Shown in pieces: positions 1 through 7,837 of a DNA stretch of 64,000 bases (position 1 is its first letter; each line of letters starts with the position of its first letter). Under the pieces are notes generated by a model. That model worked only from the letters and a program-made list of their open reading frames with translations. It had not been told where the DNA came from and did no database searches. The stretch comes from Candidatus Zhuqueibacterota bacterium (lineage in GTDB: Bacteria; Zhuqueibacterota; Zhuqueibacteria; Thermofontimicrobiales; Thermofontimicrobiaceae), in NCBI GenBank assembly GCA_049322915.1, contig JBMOPW010000002.1:32001-96000 (forward strand), read 5' to 3'. The translations under genes and the position numbers were made by a program.

Positions 1-65
1 ACGGCAAGAAGGAAATTCGATGAAGAAGAAGGAACTTTAAAATGTAGCCAATAGAAAATGATGCT

Positions 66-117
66 GGGGATGGAGTCCCCCCGTGAAACCGCCCAGACCA
101 GGCTGATGACTCCTACA
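66..117 (+). promoter_or_regulatory. Fluoride riboswitch (crcB motif)
   Basis: GGGGATGGAGTCCCC...AAACCGC...GGCTGATGACTCCTAC matches the crcB consensus, including GGAGT/ACTCC pseudoknot pairing. It lies directly upstream of a transporter gene. Confidence 0.93.
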
Positions 118-170
118 ACACCGATTGCTGCGCAGTGGTCTGGAACGCTTTCAAAAACGAGGACTTCATT

Positions 171-1376
171 ATGGAACATATTTACACACTTGCCGCCTTG
201 TGGCTCGGATTAGCCGTTGTCTCAGCGGTGGTCGCGTACCATCTGCGGATATCCATTGCCCTGGTTGAAATTTGTGTTGGTGTGGTAGCAGCCGCAGTGG
301 CTGGTTATTTCGGAAAGGCCGATTCACTCGGTTCCAACTCAGAATGGCTCAGGTTTTTGGCTGCATCAGGGGCTGTCCTGCTCACGTTCCTGGCGGGCGC
401 CGAACTTGATCCTGAAGTGTTACAAAAGAAACTGAAGGAAGTAACTGTCGTAGGTCTTATTGGCTTTTTTGCCCCATTCGTGGGGTGTGCAGCTATTGCT
501 TGGTACGTTCTGGGCTGGAATTTACAGGCCAGTTTACTTAGCGGCGTGGCGCTTTCGACCACGTCCATGGCAGTTGTCTATGCAGTCATGCTTGAAACAG
601 GCTTCAATAAGACGGACTTCGGCAAAGGTATTCTTGGGGCATGCTTCATCAACGATCTCGGAACAGTGATCGCTCTCGGATTGTTGTTTGCCCCTTTTAC
701 GTACAAGACTATCATCTTCATCGCGGCGACGACCCTCACGCTGTTGATATTGCCATTCACGAGCAAGTTGTTGACGCGCATCTATGCCTATCGGACTGCG
801 GCCATCCGAACCAAATGGATCATCTTCATTCTTTTCGCATTGGGCGCCTTAGCGCTTTGGTCTGGGAGCGAGGCAGTTCTTCCCGCCTATCTCGTTGGTA
901 TGGTGCTGGCTGAGTTCTCGAACGGAGACACTTTCTGGATTCGTCGTTTTCGAACATTGACCGTCGGGTTTCTCACTCCGTTCTATTTTCTTCGTGCGGG
1001 AACATTCGTCTCGCTGCCGGCCCTGGTAGCTGCCCCGGTCGTTTTTTTGCTATTGCTTGGGGGGAAGGTGATATCGAAGATCCTGGGACTTTACCCGATA
1101 ATCGGTCAGTTTCGCCGCAGACGAGATGAGCGATGGTATTACACGCTGATGATGTCCACTGGCCTGACGTTCGGAACAATTTCGGCTTTGTATGGGTTCT
1201 CGCACCACATCGTCACGCAGTCACAGTATTCTTTTCTGGTTGCAGTGGTTATTGCAAGCGCTGTCGTGCCGACTCTGATTGCTGGCGTTTTCTTTTTACC
1301 CCGTCATCTGCTGCCGGAACCTGAAATACAGTCAGCGATAATGCCGCAAGAAGAAGGGGCGGATGAAGAGGGATGA
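171..1376 (+). CDS. Cation:proton antiporter (CPA2 / Na_H_Exchanger family)
   Basis: Polytopic membrane ORF with LTFLAGAELD, LSTTSMAVV and FINDLG motifs. ATG 171 follows a GAGGA RBS. Confidence 0.88.
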   Translation: MEHIYTLAALWLGLAVVSAVVAYHLRISIALVEICVGVVAAAVAGYFGKADSLGSNSEWLRFLAASGAVLLTFLAGAELDPEVLQKKLKEVTVVGLIGFFAPFVGCAAIAWYVLGWNLQASLLSGVALSTTSMAVVYAVMLETGFNKTDFGKGILGACFINDLGTVIALGLLFAPFTYKTIIFIAATTLTLLILPFTSKLLTRIYAYRTAAIRTKWIIFILFALGALALWSGSEAVLPAYLVGMVLAEFSNGDTFWIRRFRTLTVGFLTPFYFLRAGTFVSLPALVAAPVVFLLLLGGKVISKILGLYPIIGQFRRRRDERWYYTLMMSTGLTFGTISALYGFSHHIVTQSQYSFLVAVVIASAVVPTLIAGVFFLPRHLLPEPEIQSAIMPQEEGADEEG

Positions 1377-1479
1377 TGCGAATCAATTATAAAAAAACGC
1401 ATTACAACTGGTCCCATCGGACAGCGGTCTACAGCCGCTGAACCGAAACGTATTCAATGTTCATCAAGGAATTGTAACT

Positions 1480-2169
1480 ATGTTTAGCATGAAAGCAAAT
1501 AAAAAGTCGGGATTCGGAAGCGTCTACTTCATGGTGCTCGCATTGGGGGTCGTCCTCGCGCTGATGGCCTATCTGAAAGCTGATATGAAAAAACTGAAGC
1601 AGCCGGCCGCGCCACGATTTGCCGAAGAGATAAAGGTTGTGGATAAAACCTATTTCAATAAGCCGATGAATTTCTGCATTTCCATGCCCAACTCGGACTG
1701 GGAGATGACCTGCGTTGATAACGTGGATTCGCTCGCGACCCAGGACGTGTCCAAAACCATTCTGGAAAACATCTACGTCCTGGCTGAGATGTACCGCCGG
1801 GATGGCGCAGACACGCTGGCGCTGGTGCAGATGGGTGTGATGCCGCTGGCCGAGCCACGAACGCCGCAAAGCCTGGCCATGCAAAATTTCGCAGAGATCA
1901 GCCAGTCGTTTTCAGCGCCGGATACGGTGCGCGTGATTCAGCCTGTGGTTTTAACGACGTTCGGCAAGTTGCGGGGCGCTTACTACATGGTGGAATTTCC
2001 GGAGTCGGTCAGGTACTCGTACCCGGTGTGGTTGGCCATGTTCGTCGTGTACAGCAAAACTTCATACTCGATCATCTGTCAGGTTCGGAGCGAAGACTAT
2101 GAATTTCTCCGAACCGATCTTGAAAAAATTCTGGAGAGTTTTCATCCTTTAAATATCAAGAGATTATAA
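1480..2169 (+). CDS. Hypothetical membrane-anchored protein
   Basis: 229-aa ORF with one N-terminal hydrophobic helix. Its stop overlaps the next ATG (TAATG). Confidence 0.7.
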   Translation: MFSMKANKKSGFGSVYFMVLALGVVLALMAYLKADMKKLKQPAAPRFAEEIKVVDKTYFNKPMNFCISMPNSDWEMTCVDNVDSLATQDVSKTILENIYVLAEMYRRDGADTLALVQMGVMPLAEPRTPQSLAMQNFAEISQSFSAPDTVRVIQPVVLTTFGKLRGAYYMVEFPESVRYSYPVWLAMFVVYSKTSYSIICQVRSEDYEFLRTDLEKILESFHPLNIKRL

Positions 2170-2804
2170 TGCGGACAATTGATCTGTCTCATCCTTTTTA
2201 TGAGGGCATGCCTCAATATCGGGAAGAGTGGTACAGTTCAGCGAATGTGCGCCGATATGCAGATCCCCACAGCGGCAAACATATTTTCAAGCTCGATCTC
2301 ATGGTCTGCAGCGGAACGCACATCAAAGCCCCGCGATTTTTTCGGGCCCAGTTGAAATCCCTGGAGCACCTGCCCCTGGATAGACTCATCAGCTACTCCA
2401 GCATTGCTCACATCAGCGATAAGCGAGCCAAGGATTTCATCACGTACGAAGACATGCAACATTTCTATATTAAACCGGGGGATGGCGTCATTATCCATAC
2501 GGGTTGGTCAGAGTTCTGGGAAAAAGGCCAGTATTACATGGACTTTCCGGTCATCACATCCGACGCTGCTGAATACTTAGCCTATGACAGGAATGTCCCA
2601 TTCATTGGCGCGGATGTGCCTTTCTCCGGCGAAGTCCAGCGGGTTCTACTCGGCAGCGACAGATTCCTGATCGAAAATCTGACCAATCTCGACATGATCA
2701 ATTTGAATCGATTTTTATTAATTGCCCTGCCCCTGAATATTTACGGCAGCTCTGCGGCGCCGGCTCGCGTTGTTGCCGTTGAGAACGAAAATTTAATCAT
2801 TTGA
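2169..2804 (+). CDS. Cyclase / kynurenine formamidase family protein with degenerate metal site
   Basis: IDLSHP, GTH, IHTGW, LIENL and AAPARVVA family motifs present. HxGTHxDxPxH reads CSGTHIKAPRF. Confidence 0.8.
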   Translation: MRTIDLSHPFYEGMPQYREEWYSSANVRRYADPHSGKHIFKLDLMVCSGTHIKAPRFFRAQLKSLEHLPLDRLISYSSIAHISDKRAKDFITYEDMQHFYIKPGDGVIIHTGWSEFWEKGQYYMDFPVITSDAAEYLAYDRNVPFIGADVPFSGEVQRVLLGSDRFLIENLTNLDMINLNRFLLIALPLNIYGSSAAPARVVAVENENLII

Positions 2805-2880
2805 TTTGGGAAGCTGCGCTGCATCAGGGTGACACCAACAGGCTCGGATTTCATGAAAGCTAACAAGGGAATGAGCAGCT

Positions 2881-3708
2881 ATGAAACTGGCAATAGTATC
2901 CGATGAGATATCACTGGATTTCAGGGAAGCGGCGGACTATGGGTCGGAGTGGGGAATCACCGATTTTGAAATCCGAACTCTCACCACGGGCCGCGTGCCC
3001 TATGTGGCCAATGATGAGATTCGCATGATACAGGAGACCATCAGAGATTCCGAATTGAATATCTCGGCCATTTCCCCTGGACTTTTTAAAATATCGCTCC
3101 TGAATGAAGAACAATTGAAACCCCAGATTGAGGATACCATTTACGAGAGTTTTCGATTGGCCGAGCGGTTGGGCACCAGAAATGTCATCATCTTCGGATT
3201 CAAGCGATACGAGCGAGAGCCTCAATCCGATTATATTCAGGTGGTTCACATCCTGGGACGAATGGCGTCTCTGGCAGAAAAATATGGATTCAATTTGCTG
3301 CTCGAAAATGAGCCCGGCTATTGGGCGGATAACGGGGTAAATACAGCGAAAATTCTGGACGATATCAATTCCAATAATCTCAAGGCGAACTGGGATCTGG
3401 CCAATGCTGCCGGCGCCGGAGAAATTCCCTATCCCTATGGGTTTCTGGCCATCAGAAAACATATCCGCTCCATTCATGTGAAAGACTATCGCCTGAGCGC
3501 CAATGGCGAGCCTGAATATGTCATAATAGGCGATGGTATCGTGGATTGGTCTGGCCAACTCAAAGCCATCATGCACGGTTTTGATATCAAGTATATTACC
3601 ATCGAAACGCACGCCAAACCATTGATCGAAAACTCCCACCTCAGCATCCTTCGTATCATTGATTTGCTGGAGGATTTTCAACTGGATGAGAGTTTCATTA
3701 TCAAATGA
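2881..3708 (+). CDS. Sugar phosphate isomerase/epimerase (xylose isomerase-like TIM barrel)
   Basis: Metal-ligand motifs LLENE, NWDLAN, IHVKD and ITIETH. Confidence 0.85.
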   Translation: MKLAIVSDEISLDFREAADYGSEWGITDFEIRTLTTGRVPYVANDEIRMIQETIRDSELNISAISPGLFKISLLNEEQLKPQIEDTIYESFRLAERLGTRNVIIFGFKRYEREPQSDYIQVVHILGRMASLAEKYGFNLLLENEPGYWADNGVNTAKILDDINSNNLKANWDLANAAGAGEIPYPYGFLAIRKHIRSIHVKDYRLSANGEPEYVIIGDGIVDWSGQLKAIMHGFDIKYITIETHAKPLIENSHLSILRIIDLLEDFQLDESFIIK

Positions 3709-3905
3709 CAGGTGCGTCTCTGCCAATCTTTGCGGTGCAGACAAGAAAAGCATTTAACGGTATCAGCAGCGCGTCCTCCGCGCCGAAGCAACAGCCTCTT
3801 GCTGCTGCCAGTGTCATGTATGAATATGTGCAAAATATATATTGATGGATTGAACACATCCATGGAATCAGAACAATACCAAACGATGGAAAGGAAGTGT
3901 CACGT

Positions 3906-5132
3906 ATGTCGAAATTAGCGATGCATGGTGGAACACCGGTTCGGACAAAACCATTCCCGACCTGGCCGGTCTGGGATGGCAAAGAATTGCAGTACCTGAA
4001 AGAAGTTGTGGAAAGTGGAAAATGGGGTTCGCTTCATGGCGATAAGGTGAAGACCTTTGAAGCGAAGTATGCTCAGTATCATGATGCGAAAATTGGCGTG
4101 TGCGTCAACAGCGGAACCACTGCGCTTAAAATTGCGCTGCAGGCGCTGGGCATTGGTCCCGGCGATGAGGTGATACTTCCTGCGTACACCTTTGTTGCGA
4201 CTGCCACGGCCGTGCTTGAAGCCGGCGCGATTCCTGTTTTTGTCGATATTGATCCTGCCACATACAATATTGCCATCGACGCCATTGAAAATGCAATCAC
4301 CAAACGGACAGCGGCGATTATGCCGGTGCATTTTGGCGGCAGGCCGGCTGACATGGATGCCATCATGGCCATCGCCCGGAAACGGCATTTGAAGGTGGTT
4401 GAAGATGCTGCCCAGGCCTGGGGTTCAGCCTGGAACGGGATTAAAGTAGGCGCCATTGGCGATGCCGGCTGTTTCAGTTTTCAATCATCAAAAAATATCA
4501 CGTCGGCCGAGGGGGGCATCATCCTCACCAATGACGAGGAGACCGGGAAATTCCTCCGATCCTACGCCAATTGCGGCCGTGTGGACGGCGGCGTCTGGTA
4601 CGAGCATTATTACCTCGGCGGCAACTCGCGGATGACGGAATTCCAGGCTGCGGTGCTGCACGCTCAATTTGAACGATATCCGGCACTGCAAGCAAAGAGG
4701 GAAGCCAATGCGCATTATTTGAATAACCATCTGTCAAAAATTAAAGGCATTGGGGTGATGGCTGATGATCCGCGGATAACCAGCAATTCGGTTCACCTGT
4801 ACATCTGGCGCTATCAAAAAGAGTATTTCAATAATGCGCCCAAAGAGAAGTTCATTGAAGCACTTCGCAAGGAAGGGATATTTGTGAGCGCGGGTTATTC
4901 CATCCCATTGTATGTCCAGCCGTTATTCAAAAATCTGGCGTTCGGCCCCCGCGGAAAAAGGATGGATGTCGGCGTCGATTACACAGCGTATCACTTGCCG
5001 GAGAGCGAAAAAGCCTGCTACGAAGAGGCGCTCTGGCTCCCGCAGTTCGTGATGATGGGCGATGAGGCCGATATGAAAGATATTGTGGAAGCGGTGAGTA
5101 AAATAAGGGAGAATGCCGGCGAGTTAGCCTGA
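3906..5132 (+). CDS. DegT/DnrJ/EryC1/StrS PLP-dependent sugar aminotransferase
   Basis: NSGTTAL, VVEDAAQA and FSFQSSKNITSAEGG (PLP lysine) motifs. Confidence 0.93.
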   Translation: MSKLAMHGGTPVRTKPFPTWPVWDGKELQYLKEVVESGKWGSLHGDKVKTFEAKYAQYHDAKIGVCVNSGTTALKIALQALGIGPGDEVILPAYTFVATATAVLEAGAIPVFVDIDPATYNIAIDAIENAITKRTAAIMPVHFGGRPADMDAIMAIARKRHLKVVEDAAQAWGSAWNGIKVGAIGDAGCFSFQSSKNITSAEGGIILTNDEETGKFLRSYANCGRVDGGVWYEHYYLGGNSRMTEFQAAVLHAQFERYPALQAKREANAHYLNNHLSKIKGIGVMADDPRITSNSVHLYIWRYQKEYFNNAPKEKFIEALRKEGIFVSAGYSIPLYVQPLFKNLAFGPRGKRMDVGVDYTAYHLPESEKACYEEALWLPQFVMMGDEADMKDIVEAVSKIRENAGELA

Positions 5133-5158
5133 TTTCGATTCTGTGGGACTGTTAAATT

Positions 5159-5204
5159 AAAAAGGACATCACTGCCGATTCCAGGGTGGGGTGTCCTTTT
5201 TTTT
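5159..5204 (+). terminator. Probable intrinsic terminator
   Basis: AAAAGGACAT...GTGTCCTTTTTTTT hairpin with a T-run just after the aminotransferase stop. Confidence 0.6.
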
Positions 5205-5290
5205 GTTGGAGATTTTTATCGCACGGACAGATAATAGTCATGAGAGAGAAATTGCGATACATTGCCAGGTAATTCTTAAGGTGTAAAAAT

Positions 5291-5324
5291 GAAAAAGCCA
5301 CAGAATTGAATCTGCGGCTTTTTC
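5291..5324 (-). terminator. Intrinsic terminator, probably the original tRNA-Glu terminator displaced by the island
   Basis: GAAAAAGCCACAGA-loop-TCTGCGGCTTTTTC lies immediately outside the duplicated tRNA 3' end. Confidence 0.75.
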
Positions 5325-5325
5325 G

Positions 5326-5337
5326 TGGCATCCCCAA
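5326..5337. repeat. att core, distal copy (TGGCATCCCCAA)
   Basis: Identical to 14189-14200. Confidence 0.9.
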
Positions 5338-5476
5338 CAGTTATAATGTCGAACTCTTTTTATGAAGACCTAAAGAAAATATTTGATTTAGAGCCGTTTC
5401 TTCCTGTACAGTACCTTGACTTTAAGAGATTAAAACCATGTCACAGTTGCTTATAATTCCCTAATGGTAGTAGAAC

Positions 5477-5496
5477 TATATATATATATATATATA
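5477..5496. repeat. (TA)10 microsatellite
   Basis: Perfect TA dinucleotide run 40 bp upstream of ORF 5537. Confidence 0.9.
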
Positions 5497-5536
5497 AGAA
5501 GAACGATTTCAAAAAAAGAAAAGGACAATTGCTATA

Positions 5537-5965
5537 ATGAAAGATTCTGAAGAAAAAGAAAAATTCATTGAATGGCGCGCCAAAGGTTTTTCTTATGATG
5601 AAATCGCTAAAAGATTAAACAAATCAAAAACCACTTTGATAAAGTGGAATAGAGAATTGTCAAAAGAAATATCTAATGTGTCATTTTATATGTGTGATTC
5701 ATTAATCGAAAAATATAAATTAAGCAAGCAGGCAAAAGTAGAATATCTTGCAGAACAAATTTACAAAATAAAAGAAGCCCTTAAGGAGAAAGATTACAAA
5801 AAGCTCTCTGTTCGTGATCTAATAAGTTTACTTGAAAAATATGAAAATGAGTTACATGAAGAATTTAAAAATATAACATTTTTTACGGGTGAAAAAGAAT
5901 CTCTCGATCTATCAAATTTTAAAGAATCACTCGGAGAATTTGAAATAACAGTTAACTTGTACTAA
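5537..5965 (+). CDS. Helix-turn-helix domain protein (island)
   Basis: N-terminal RAKGFSYDEIAKRLNKSKTTLIKW HTH followed by a helical C-terminus. AAGGA RBS. Confidence 0.75.
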   Translation: MKDSEEKEKFIEWRAKGFSYDEIAKRLNKSKTTLIKWNRELSKEISNVSFYMCDSLIEKYKLSKQAKVEYLAEQIYKIKEALKEKDYKKLSVRDLISLLEKYENELHEEFKNITFFTGEKESLDLSNFKESLGEFEITVNLY

Positions 5966-6042
5966 ACGATACTAAATTTGAACTATGGTAAATATGTCTT
6001 TTTGTGTTATAAAAGCCTTTGTCCTGTGGAGCTTTTTTATAT

Positions 6043-6191
6043 CTTCTCGCTTGGCATCGGGAAGGGTGGGAATGGCTCGGGTGAGTTTAAATTTATAACT
6101 GTTGCACATGAGAAAATTTAATCACGGAAATAAAAGGGATTGGGTATTGATTTAGAAATTTACCTTCTTGCTTGGCATCTGGAAGGGTGGG
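6043..6191. repeat. 28-bp direct repeat pair (6043-6070, 6164-6191)
   Basis: CTTCT(C/T)GCTTGGCATC(G/T)GGAAGGGTGGG, 26/28 identical. Confidence 0.8.
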
Positions 6192-6807
6192 TGGTCTTGA
6201 GTGGTGAGATTATAAAAAAGCGGAACAGGATAAGGCTGTTTTTGGTGGAGGTGGGAAAATGCAGTAAAACTACGAGAGCAGCGGGTATGCGGGTGGGTAG
6301 AGCGCTGGGCGTGGACGTGAGGAGAGGGGAGCGGAAAGACTGGGGTGGTGATGGTGCTGGGCTGGCTACCTTGTTAGCTGCGAACGATGATAGGCGGAAT
6401 TTTAGAATATTTTTTATAAGTTTAATAAAGAAAAAGCATGGTGTTACGTTTTTTGTAACACGATGCTTTTTTTCATTTAGTCAAAACATTGTACCGTTTA
6501 TTGCTGAATTAAGCATGATGCAGGAAAAGGGGAGAGGTGTCTGGGGTGATGGGGCTTCCTGCATGATGCGAAAAATAACAGTAAAGAATAATTTGAAAAT
6601 TAAATTAAATATCAGTTGACATTATAAAATAAATGATTATATTATGAGTATAAATATTAAAAAATTCTAAGTTTTTAAATCAGTTTTAAATTGTTACTAA
6701 GCGGTGAAAAAAATCCCTGAGAGTTGGATTGATTTTGGATTTGTTTTGTCGATATTGGAAATGAAACTCTTTAAAATATTAAATGTATACAATAGTGCAA
6801 TAAATAC

Positions 6808-6836
6808 TTGACAAAGACAAAATAAATTTATAGAAT
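6808..6836 (+). promoter_or_regulatory. Sigma70-type promoter of the toxin-antitoxin pair
   Basis: TTGACA-17 bp-TAGAAT, ending 9 nt before ATG 6846. No Shine-Dalgarno, so a near-leaderless transcript is possible. Confidence 0.6.
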
Positions 6837-6845
6837 AATATTGTT

Positions 6846-7421
6846 ATGAATATTAAAGAACAAAAAATAATAAATGGTATAAAATATTTAGTTAAGCATA
6901 CCAATAATGTAGGTCGTACGAAACTTTTTAAGCTTCTTTTCTTTTGGGATTTTATTCATTTTAAAAGATTTGGGATGGCTGTGACAGGATATGATTATTA
7001 TACCTATCCATTTGGCCCTGTACCAAAGGAGTTATATGACCAAATAACGAAAGAAAATCTACCTGTAGAATTTAAAAATGAATTTATAATAATCGAAGAT
7101 TGTGAAGATGACGATGATAATAAATTTAAAAAGTTCAAAGTAGTTTCAAGGAATACAAAAATAGATTTAGATTGGTTGTCACCAAATGAAAAAAATGTTC
7201 TCGAAGAAGTGGCATTGATATTTAAATATGCATCTGCAAAAGAAATGACAGAAATTACTCATTTGCATAATAGCCCGTGGGACAAAACGATTAAAGAAAA
7301 GGGTGAATTCCAAAAAATTGATTATTTTTTAGCAGTAGACGATGAGACGACTTTAGATATGGATACGATAAAAGAAAGGTATTATATACAAAAGGATTTG
7401 CTTAAGGATGGCAGACTTTGA
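6846..7421 (+). CDS. Panacea-domain (DUF4065/SocA-like) antitoxin
   Basis: TKLFKLLFFWDF...TG..Y..YPFGPVP and ITH...SPW motifs characteristic of DUF4065. Confidence 0.88.
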   Translation: MNIKEQKIINGIKYLVKHTNNVGRTKLFKLLFFWDFIHFKRFGMAVTGYDYYTYPFGPVPKELYDQITKENLPVEFKNEFIIIEDCEDDDDNKFKKFKVVSRNTKIDLDWLSPNEKNVLEEVALIFKYASAKEMTEITHLHNSPWDKTIKEKGEFQKIDYFLAVDDETTLDMDTIKERYYIQKDLLKDGRL

Positions 7422-7818
7422 TAAGGGGCAATTCTTTCTTGATAAGGGGGCGACAAATTATCAAGGGACAAAAGGTAAATATTTTATTGGATTGAATGAT
7501 GCTGAATATGATGATGACATAATAGTCTGTTTTGTTATTAATTCAGAAAATAGAATGGAGAGACTTACGTTTAACTGTAATAGGGAAGCAAATAAATTTG
7601 TATTGAAACCTGATTCTTTCCCTTTTATAAAGCATCATTCATCTATAATGCTGGCAATACCTAACTATTATAAATTGATAGAAATGTATTTACCATCAAT
7701 TAAGCTACTGGATAAAGCAGATGAAATGATGTGTAGGCAAATAAAAAATTGTATTGATTGGTCTTATATAATCCAGAAATATCATAAAATTATAAAAGAT
7801 TGTTTTAAAAGCAAATGA
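7408..7818 (+). CDS. Putative cognate toxin, possibly PemK/MazF-like fold
   Basis: 136 aa, overlapping the antitoxin 3' end by 14 bp. Pattern KYFIGL..CFVINS..FPFIKHHS is reminiscent of PemK-like proteins (inference). Confidence 0.6.
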   Translation: MADFDKGQFFLDKGATNYQGTKGKYFIGLNDAEYDDDIIVCFVINSENRMERLTFNCNREANKFVLKPDSFPFIKHHSSIMLAIPNYYKLIEMYLPSIKLLDKADEMMCRQIKNCIDWSYIIQKYHKIIKDCFKSK

Positions 7819-7837
7819 CTATGATTTAAAAAAAAAT

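Noticed and set aside
6140..6619. 159-aa ORF in the island
   Set aside because: TTG start, composition driven by the G-rich tract, overlaps repeats and hairpins, no recognisable motif.
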